A stretch of 64,000 nucleotides of DNA from Kiritimatiellia bacterium. GTDB lineage: Bacteria; Verrucomicrobiota; Kiritimatiellia; RFP12; UBA1067. Both the position numbers and the translations under genes were made by a program. Below, in pieces: positions 55,916 to 64,000 of the stretch; within the stretch, counting starts at the first letter, position 1; every line of letters starts with the position of its first letter. The notes under the pieces were generated by a model, which saw only the letters and a program-made list of their open reading frames with translations, was not told the DNA's origin and did no database searches. The DNA lies in NCBI GenBank assembly GCA_050949565.1, contig JBMNFY010000017.1, forward strand, positions 1,696,001 to 1,760,000, given 5' to 3'.

Positions 55916-58900
55916 TCAGCCTTCCATGACGATCCGCACCTTGGCCGGGTCCTTGCCCTTGGTGAGCTGATCGATGTACTCCTCAAAGCGTTTCTTCATC
56001 TCTGCCGGGGTGGCCGGGCCGTCGGTGACCTGCAGGGCCTGTTGCAGCTCCTGCGCCTTGACGGTGACCTTGACCAGGCCGGAGAGCACTTCCTTCAAGG
56101 CGTGGACAAAGTTGCTGTCCAGCGGCACCGGCAGTTCCTTCGACCTGATGAAGGCTTCCAGCGGCTCGCGGTCATCGATCTTCAGCAGATCCATGTTGGC
56201 CTGGGTGATCGGGTCCTCCAGGTTGCTGAGCAACGCCTTGGTCCAGTTTTCCAGCATCCGGTCGAGTTCGTCGTCCAGTGCGTTAAGAATTGCGGCGGCG
56301 TTGCTCAAGTGCGTGGTGCGTGGTGCGTGGTGCGAGGTTTCCGCACTTCGCACTCCGTACTCCGCACTCATTTCGGTCGCAGGCCGAAATTGGCAATGCG
56401 GGCAGATGGGCGAGGCATCGAGGTTTTGTTCGGTCAGGGCGAAGCAGCTCTTCAGTCCGGCCAGGCGGTTCTGGTAATCGGTGAGCTGCTGCCGGGGCAT
56501 CAGGTCGATACCAGCCAGCTTGAGCAGGGTTTGCAGGCGCTGGTCGTTGAGCAGTCCTGCCTTGCGCTTGTCGTCGTTCACGCCCAGCCGGGCGCGCGCG
56601 TGGAGGGAGATGTATTGGTTGATGTAATCGCGTTTGAGCTTTTTCAGCTCTTCGCCGACTTCGGACGATACTCGCGCGAGATCTGAGGACTGAGTGCTGA
56701 GGACTGAGGTTAGAGCGTCCAGAACTTCCTTGCGAGTTTTCTTGACCTGCTCAACCCAGACATCCAATCCCTGTGCTCCAAACTCGCCCCTCGCCCCTGA
56801 TCCCTCGCCCCTGCTTGCAGAGGCTTCCGCCGTAGCAAGCCAAGCTGCTGTCGGGCTGTGGTCCATGATGAACTCGCGCAGGGCGTCCAGCTCATCCAGG
56901 GCCTTCACGGCCTTTTCGTGGGCCAGCACTTCGGGAGCGCTGTAGCGGAAGTTTTTCAGTTTACCCGGAGTAGAGTACGCTTGCAGGCTTTCAAAGAAAG
57001 CCTTCGCGTCCTCCAGTGCGTGGTGCGTTGTGCGCAGTGCGCCATCTTCACCCCGCACCTCGCACCCCGCACTTCGCACTAAATCTAGACCCCAGAAGGA
57101 GAGCCCTTCGCGCAGGGTCTGCTGGGTCATGACGATGCGTTTGACGATCTTGCCCACCGCCTGTTGCAGGTTCTGCACAGGCTCGTCCTTGCCCTGGGTG
57201 ACGAGCTGGGCCATGCCCGGCGTCATGCCGAGCAGTTCGAACAGCGCTTTGAGCGCGGGCAGGTTCCATTCCTTGGGCTGCTCCAGGTGCTTGAAGCGGA
57301 CCAGCTCGTCCATGCCGGTCGCGGCAAGCTGCTGCAGCCCGGTGGCGTCAAACTTTCTTGCCCGGAATGGCGAGCACGATGTCGCCGGAATAGACCAGCG
57401 CAGCCACCAGACCGCTCACCCATTCGGGTTCCAGACGCGAACCGCCGGGGTTCATGTATTCCAGCCCGTGGTCGTCCTGGATGATCTCGCTGCGGTTGAC
57501 TACCTGGCCGTGCCCCTTGGCCTTGACGGTATCGAGAATGAACTTGGTGTACTTCGACTTGTAGGGGTCGATCTTCTCGCCGTCGAGCAGCTCCAGGGCG
57601 TCCAGCACGGCGGTGGCTTGTTTTGTCAGGGGCGAGGGACGAGAGGCGAGAGATGAGTTGGCCAGATTGGCCATTCCTCGTAAGGCATCTTGGGCCGCTT
57701 GCGCTCTGTTGGCGGCAGTGATCAGGACCGAGAAGAACGGGTAGTCCGGGGCCTGGTTCTCGAAGTTCGGTGCCAGGCAGACACCGGCGATGGTGTTCAC
57801 CAAGTCGCGGAAGTTGATAGTCTCGTGAGGCGACAGGCCCGACAGGTCGCGGATGGATTTGCCCTTGGCCCATTCGGTCATGGACTTGGCACGGCCCTGA
57901 TAGGTGACCTCGAAGGCATCGCTCATGTGCTTCTGCAGCCACTGGACCAGCTTCTTCAGGAAGCCGTTGGCCTTCGATTCATAGGTGGCCTTGGCATGGC
58001 CCGATGAGGTGGCTGCAAGATCCAGTGCGGCCGCATAGCTTTTCAGAGCTGTCTGGAATTCTTCTGATGGAGAGCCACTAATGGACGCGAATGAACACGC
58101 ATCATTTTTTATTTGTGTCAATCCGTGTTTATCTGTGGTTCTCAAGTTCAGACGGAAGAAAACTTCATCGGAACTTTTTTCATCTTTGAACCTTGGGCAA
58201 TCAAATGGCGGAAGAAAATAGAGGTAAAAGTCCCGCTGCGGCACGGCGGTGGAACGCTCGTTCGGTGCCCCGAAAAAGAGGTAGCCGGAGCGGGCTGCCT
58301 TGTGCTCCTGCCAGACCAGTTCGTGCTGCCAGATTTTGTAGCCGGTCACATAGGTGGCGTCCTGGCATTCCATGACCCGCTTGAGCGCCTCGTAATAGAA
58401 GCGGTCGAGCTGAGCCTGGCCCAGGCTGTCGGCCCGCGTCCTTACTTTTTCGTCGTAATCGATATCTTTCGAGACATCCAGGTAGAATTGGCCACTGAGT
58501 CGCCCGCGATCATCAATCTCTGTTGCGGAAATAAATTGCCCGCTGACGGCTTGGCTGATCAGGCGGATAGCCGTTTCAACTTCACCACGTAAGTCTTCTG
58601 CGCTGTCATCGCCACCGAGCTCGGCAATCAATGGATCAAACAGGCACAACTGGTCACGAAGCGCTTCAGCGGTTAGTCCATTTGGCGAGGATAAACTTCC
58701 CACGGTAAGCCGATGAACGCTAAGCCCACGAACAATTCGCAAGGCAAATTTCTTGTTTTTCGCCTTTGGATAGTTGGAAATCACTAAATTTTGCAACGTG
58801 TTGCTGCAATCAATGACCTGCTTTATATCAGGTAATGTTCGATAGGCGGCATTGGTTGAGAGTACATCCCAGTAGCTGTCGAAGGCGATCAGGCCGGGTT

Positions 58901-59906
58901 CGTCCTGCGGCACGTCCTTGCCCAAAATGCCTTTCATGCCCATGGACAAGGTCTTGAGCACCTCGCGCTTTTCCACCACGGTGACCCGCTCGAAGGTGTC
59001 GATGTAATCGGGATGCACCGGGAAGAGCCGGACAAACTCGTCCATGCGCTCATTGAGCCCGCCGTAGTATTTGGCAAAAGGCATCAGGTAGTCGCGGATC
59101 TTGGCCTGTTGCTCGGTGGTCTTCTTGAGCAGGCGCTCGGCCACGACGAATTTCACGTCGCTGCGGGCGATAAGGATCTGCTCGAAGCGGTCCTTCACCC
59201 GGCGGATGCTGTCGGCGACAAAGGCGAAGCGCGGGCTGTCGAAAATGGCTTCCTGGACACCGGCCATGAAGCGGAAGCGAAGGTCCTTGCAGACCTCGCC
59301 GACCTCGCGGAGGAAGTTGAGGTCGAGGATCAGCTCCTGGTCCTTGCGGGTGCGCAGGTAGTCGAGCAGCTCATCGACCACCAGCAAGAGACCATGCTCG
59401 GGGAAGACCTCGCCGAACTTGGCCATCATGTCTTCGAAGGCCCGCTTGTGGCTGGTAATGGTCCCGGCTTCGGGGAACACATACTCCACGCCGAGTTTTT
59501 CGAGGTGCTCTTCCAGTTCGGCCACCAGGATGTCGCGCAGGGACATGGTGGTGGCTCCGATCTCGGTACGGATGACCTTGAACCGACCTGCGATCTGAGA
59601 GGCTGCATCGCGGACACCGGCGTGGTTCAGCCCTTCCAGCAGGGAGGCATCTGCGGCAATACAGGAAACCACCGACATCAAATGCGATTTACCGGTGCCG
59701 TAGTTACCGACGACCAGCAGCCCCTTGTTATCGACCGGGTGGTCGAACTGCATCTGAGGAATGACAAGCTGCGTGAGTCGTTCGGCCATTTCATCTGAAA
59801 TGACATAGGTGTTCACCAGGTGCTGCGCGGCGTTCGATTTGTCCGCGTCACGCAACTGAACGACCGACTCAATCGGGTCGAATTGGATAAGGTCTCCGTA
59901 TTTCAT
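55916..59906 (-). CDS. brxC: BREX-3 ATPase BrxC/PglY (DUF6079-like), frameshift at ~57352
   Basis: GNYGTGKSH Walker A, VVDE Walker B; two ORFs join as ...[24 protein letters not shown]. Confidence 0.88.
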
Positions 59907-60304
59907 GGCAACTCCTTCGTCGTTGCAGGGGCGAGGGACGAGGGTTTAGAGGCGAGTTTGGCCATCAACCCGTTGGTCATTTTGTTGATTTCTACTTGTA
60001 AACTGAGAATAAGGCCGAGCTGGTCAGTTGAGAGATACCCGAGTCGATGGGCAATCAGTAATTGGGTCTCAACCTCTGCCAGTGAACCCTTTGAGATTGA
60101 CAAGAACCGATGGAATTCTTTTGTTGAGTTTCTTGCATGGCCTTCAGCAATGTTTGATGGAATCGCAACAACGGCTCGTCGAAGCTGATTCGTCAATCCA
60201 TATAACTCTTCCGTAGGAAAAGTTCTGGTTGCTTGATAAACCATTTCAACCAAATCCAACGCTTTCTGCCAAACAATCAAATCCTTGTAACTCTGCACGC
60301 TCAT
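59903..60304 (-). CDS. four-helix-bundle protein (23S rRNA IVP / Avd-like)
   Basis: [41 protein letters not shown]; ATGA-coupled at both ends. Confidence 0.93.
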   Translation of the reverse strand: MSVQSYKDLIVWQKALDLVEMVYQATRTFPTEELYGLTNQLRRAVVAIPSNIAEGHARNSTKEFHRFLSISKGSLAEVETQLLIAHRLGYLSTDQLGLILSLQVEINKMTNGLMAKLASKPSSLAPATTKELP

Positions 60305-60795
60305 ATCTCGTCCCTCACCCCTAACTCCTCGCCTCTCATATCAACAATCAGCGCATCGACCGAGTCATAGCTGCGGTACTCGGGATGGCCGGTTTCGGCG
60401 TACAAAAGCCTCCCGGAATTCATGATTCCGTTCCACGAAGCCACCACGGCCCGATTTCTCGAAATGGACTGCAGCAGGCGCAAGGGGTCCTGCTGGAGAT
60501 CCTTGTCGAAGAGGATCTCGAGATTATCCAGCACCACCGGTGCTTGAGCCTGGTCCGCGATCTGATCGAGGATGCCCGGCAACCGAAGCGACCGCTGCTT
60601 TGCCGTCAGCTCAAGCAGTTCGCCTGAAAGCGCCAGATTGACGTTGACGACAGATGAGCCGAATTCCTCGGCAATATCCCGAAGAACGCCGGTCTTGCCG
60701 GAACCGGTCTCACCCACCAGCAACACCAGACGGTGATACAAGCCTTCGGCTGCCTGGAGGGATCGTTTTATCTTGTCGTGAATCGGCTCGGCCAT
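60301..60795 (-). CDS. brxF: BREX-3 P-loop protein BrxF
   Basis: YHRLVLLVGETGSGKT, LDNLEILFD, DPLRLL, YAETGHPEY. Confidence 0.9.
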   Translation of the reverse strand: MAEPIHDKIKRSLQAAEGLYHRLVLLVGETGSGKTGVLRDIAEEFGSSVVNVNLALSGELLELTAKQRSLRLPGILDQIADQAQAPVVLDNLEILFDKDLQQDPLRLLQSISRNRAVVASWNGIMNSGRLLYAETGHPEYRSYDSVDALIVDMRGEELGVRDEI

Positions 60796-60804
60796 GCTCG
60801 CTCC

Positions 60805-61008
60805 TTATTGCTCGGTGTCCGGCTTATCGGATTTGTCAGCCGCACCGCCGGAGCGGACCCATTCGTCCACTTCGTCTTGTTTGAACATCCAGCGACGGCC
60901 GACGCGATGACCGGGCATAGCCCGTTGTTCGATCCAGTTGTAGACCGTCTCGTTGCTTACATTCAGATATTTGCAAATGTCATCGACCGTCAGCCATCTC
61001 TCATCCAT
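60805..61008 (-). CDS. excisionase-like HTH regulator
   Basis: MDERWLTVDDICKYLNVSNETVYNWI...VGRRWMFK. Confidence 0.88.
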   Translation of the reverse strand: MDERWLTVDDICKYLNVSNETVYNWIEQRAMPGHRVGRRWMFKQDEVDEWVRSGGAADKSDKPDTEQ

Positions 61009-61145
61009 AGCCTTCGTCCTTCGTTCATCATGTTTTCGGTAAAAGCCCGAAGGTCTCCGGGAAACCCGAAATCCGGACACAGTGCCGCAAATTAACCCCC
61101 ACATATTACATTGGCGGATTACCAAAATCAAGCGTTTTGTGCCGA

Positions 61146-61530
61146 TTAGTGCCGACTTTTCCAAAAAACGGCCTGATTGTCGTTGGTGATACGTTCGCCG
61201 TTCTGAGGCGCATACATGGTGTAAGTCCATACAGCACATGGGGTTGCGCCTTGCAGTGAAGCCACCATCACCCGCTGGTACATGCTGTGGCCGCCGGGCC
61301 GGAAGCCTTCCAGCCGGTCGATGGGCGGCAGGTCGCGTTGCGGGTCGGTGAAGGTCACCAGTTCCCCATGGATCAGATCCCAGTCCCCGGTCGGGCGGCC
61401 GAAGCGCGGCGTGCCGATCTCCTGCTGTCTGCGGGCATCGGTCAGTGGATTGGCGCTGCCCCGGGCCAGGATCACTCCTTCCGGCACTTCGAGGGCTGGG
61501 AATCCGGCGTGAAGATGGTAGAGCCTGCCC
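61146..61530 (-). pseudogene. 5'-truncated gamma-glutamylcyclotransferase-like gene
   Basis: GRLYHL..GFPAL, IHGELV, IDRLEG, YQR; N-terminal FVYGTL motif absent. Confidence 0.6.
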
Positions 61531-61605
61531 TTTCGAAACAAGGGGAAAAAGAAAACCCGTCACCCCGGTGAATGACCCCAGAGAGACGGTTTTGTCTTTT
61601 CTCAA

Positions 61606-61961
61606 TGGTGGAGGCGGGGGGAGTCGAACCCCCGTCCGAAACAGCGTCCTTCCAGCTTCTACGCGCGTGTTCTGTCTTTGAGTCTCGTCTTCAAGCGCAC
61701 CGACAGACAGGCCCGCTTGAAGACCAGCACCCACGATTCGTCAAGACACGGGCGCCCGGCTGCTCGGCCCCCGGCAGGATCTGCTAGTCGTCGCTTCCCC
61801 GCTCAGCAGACATCGGCGGTTCAGCGTCGCGCCTTTAATTAGGCAGCGAGAGCGAAGTTATCGTTCGCATTTAGGTTTTTTCCTGTTTTTTTACGAGGCC
61901 AACAGGAGTCCTCGGCGCGCCACTGAAATTCCGATCTGCCCCGTCGAAACCAGTCGCCCCC
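61606..61961 (-). ncRNA. ssrA: tmRNA, tag peptide ANDNFALAA
   Basis: 5' GGGGGCGACTGGTTTCGAC, 3' GGTTCGACTCC..CGCCTCCACCA, G3:U pair, tag ORF ending ALAA*. Confidence 0.96.
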
Positions 61962-62142
61962 TTTGAAAAGAACAACACCAGTATGGCAGATTCCGGCTCG
62001 GGAAGCAAGCCGCGCCGATACTAAACCGCAGACCACACGAACACCAACGCACCAACGCGGGCATGCCTTTTTTAAGTAGCGCCCGGAGACTTAAAAAGCT
62101 ATGCTGAGCGTCGCTTTTTTTTGAGTAGTGAAAGGAAGTCTC

Positions 62143-63324
62143 ATGGATACGAAAGTGGCTGACAACGTTTTTTGGGTCGGGTTCATCGATTGGGCGGTGC
62201 GTGATTTTCACGGATACAAAACCAGTCGGGGTTCCACGTATAACGCCTATCTGGTGATGGATGAGAAAACGGCGCTGATCGATGCGGTCAAAGCGCCTTA
62301 CGCCGCGACGCTGCTGGAGCAGATCCAAACGCATGTGCCGCTTGAAAAGGTTGACTACGTCGTCTGCAATCATGCCGAGCCGGATCACTCGGGCGCTCTG
62401 CCGGATGTGATGCGCGCCTGCCCCAATGCGACACTGCTCTGCAATGCAAAGTGTAAGGATGCGCTGGCCCGCCATTACGACACCCGTGATTGGAAGTTTC
62501 AGGTTGTCAAGGACGGCGAAACGCTTTCGCTGGGCCGTCGTACTCTCCAGTTCCTCGATACGCCGATGGTTCATTGGCCGGAGTCGATGGTTACCTATCT
62601 GGTTGAGGATGCCATTCTCTTTTCAATGGACGCCTTCGGTCAGCACTATGCGTCGGGGTTCCGCTTTGATGACGAGTCGGATATGTGCGAGGTGATGCAG
62701 GAGGCGAAGACCTATTACGCCAACATCGTGCTGCCTTACGGCCGGCCGGTGGCGACGGCGCTCAAGCGTCTCGGCGGCCTCACGCTCAAGATGGTGGCGC
62801 CGAGCCACGGCGTGATCTGGCGCAGTCACTTTGACAAGATTCTCGCGGCGTATCAGGACTGGATGGTTTGCAAGCCCGCCCGTAAAGTTGTGATCGCCTA
62901 TTGCACCATGTGGGGCAGCACGCGCCTGATGGCCGAAGCTGTGGCCGAGGGTGCCCGAACGTTGCCGGTCGAGGTCAAGCTGCTCAATGTGGACGTCACG
63001 CACGATACGCAGATCATTACCGAGGTGATGGACTGCGCGGCCTTTGCAGCGGGTACCGCTACGCTCAACATGGGGATCATGCCGCGCATGGCTGCGACGT
63101 TGACCTATCTGCGCGGACTTAAGCCGCTGGGCAAGGCGGGTTTCGCCTTCGGTTCGTACGGCTGGGCCGCGAAGGGCGTGGATGAGGCGGCGTGTTTCCT
63201 GGCGACCATGCAGATGGCACCGGTGTGCGAGCCGCTTATCTGCCGCTACGCGCCGGACGCCGAGACGCTGGAAGCCTGCCGCGCCGCCGGCCGCGCGCTG
63301 GCAGAGGTCGCGCAACGTGCGTAG
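62143..63324 (+). CDS. fprA: flavodiiron protein (FprA family)
   Basis: STYNAYL, NHAEPDHSG, HWPES, DAFGQH, PSHG, AFGSYGW. Confidence 0.92.
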   Translation: MDTKVADNVFWVGFIDWAVRDFHGYKTSRGSTYNAYLVMDEKTALIDAVKAPYAATLLEQIQTHVPLEKVDYVVCNHAEPDHSGALPDVMRACPNATLLCNAKCKDALARHYDTRDWKFQVVKDGETLSLGRRTLQFLDTPMVHWPESMVTYLVEDAILFSMDAFGQHYASGFRFDDESDMCEVMQEAKTYYANIVLPYGRPVATALKRLGGLTLKMVAPSHGVIWRSHFDKILAAYQDWMVCKPARKVVIAYCTMWGSTRLMAEAVAEGARTLPVEVKLLNVDVTHDTQIITEVMDCAAFAAGTATLNMGIMPRMAATLTYLRGLKPLGKAGFAFGSYGWAAKGVDEAACFLATMQMAPVCEPLICRYAPDAETLEACRAAGRALAEVAQRA

Positions 63325-63365
63325 GGTGAGGAGGGCGGTTTTTGGACATGATTGACAAGATTGAC

Positions 63366-64000
63366 ATGATTGACGCGCCGTGCGCGGCGTGGCGGCGAGT
63401 GTGGCGTGCGGTGACAAGCGCCGCGCTGTTGGTGTGTGCGTCCGCTTCTGCGGTGTTCGGCGCGCAATCGCCGTTCGGCCTGAAGGTCGAGCGTCTGGAG
63501 TCTGCGGATGACGCGCAGACCGAGGTGCGGATCACGCTGAGCGTACCCTCCAATCACCTGATTTACGCTGAAACCTTCAAGGTCTCGGCATCGCCGGTGC
63601 AGGTGCCCAAGCCTGAGAACAAGCCGGATCCGATCAACCCCTCGCAGCAGGTCGGCGTCTATACGGGTACCTTCGAATCGCGTTGGCGCATCGCGCCGTT
63701 GCGTGACGGTGCCGCACTGACGGTCGCCTACCAAGGGTGCGACGACACCGTGTGCTTTATGCCGGAAAGCCATGCGTTCCGCTACGACGCCGCGTCCGGC
63801 CGCTTTGTCATCGCGCCTGACGAGGCGGACACCGCCCCATCAACGGCGGAGGGGGCCGATACATGGACGCACGGCTTCGCGATGGTTTCCGGCGGCGGCT
63901 ACATGAAGACGGGTGAGTTTCTCGCGTTTCTGGATCAGGCCGAAGGCCAGACGCCCGCTGCTGATACGTCGCGTACCGGACTGGCTGGTTTTCTGAACGA
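63366..64000 (+). CDS. DsbD-like thiol:disulfide interchange protein, N-terminal part (runs off window)
   Basis: signal-like N-terminus, HLIY, YQGCDDTVCFMP; open to the window end. Confidence 0.65.
   Translation, partial: MIDAPCAAWRRVWRAVTSAALLVCASASAVFGAQSPFGLKVERLESADDAQTEVRITLSVPSNHLIYAETFKVSASPVQVPKPENKPDPINPSQQVGVYTGTFESRWRIAPLRDGAALTVAYQGCDDTVCFMPESHAFRYDAASGRFVIAPDEADTAPSTAEGADTWTHGFAMVSGGGYMKTGEFLAFLDQAEGQTPAADTSRTGLAGFLN

Larger units (their letters stand above)
38320..61614. mobile_element. defence island integrated at the ssrA 3' end (~23.3 kb), no integrase visible
   Basis: AATGGTGGAGG direct repeat at 38320-38330 and 61604-61614; lower GC; defence cargo. Confidence 0.8.

Noticed and set aside
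44709-60339. CRISPR array or DGR explanation for the repeats
   Set aside because: No constant repeat-spacer periodicity, cas genes, reverse transcriptase or TR/VR pair in the window, despite the Avd-like proteins.
60805-61734. 309-aa ORF
   Set aside because: Runs through tmRNA and the GGCT fragment; only 60805-61008 is a credible gene.

Overview
High-GC bacterial chromosome segment, probably PVC superphylum (Kiritimatiellota/Lentisphaerota-like; inferred from the 16S 5' signature and REP style). Core regions hold carbohydrate-active enzymes, heptose biosynthesis (gmhB fusion, rfaE1), rluD, degQ, def, a full rRNA operon (16S-tRNA-Ala-tRNA-Ile-23S-5S), tmRNA and fprA. There are two accessory regions. 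(1) A ~5.8 kb integrative, satellite-like element sits in tRNA-Pro(TGG) with a 53-bp att repeat and frameshifted integrase and excisionase. It is followed by a type IIG/ISP-like RM gene, an IS and a nonsense-interrupted small gene paired with an ImmA/IrrE-like gene. (2) A ~23 kb defence island without an integrase lies at the 3' end of ssrA, carrying type 3 BREX, Sir2-HerA, two AlbA/Schlafen-HATPase genes and a pPIWI-associated nuclease-like gene. The most striking signal is about 20 short tandem-repeat or palindromic elements of three sequence families inserted in frame in or at the ends of BREX genes. Each family also brackets its own small gene in the same operon (two four-helix-bundle/Avd-like genes and one GxxExxY gene), suggesting a poorly described 'cognate protein + coding palindrome' system that targets defence genes.
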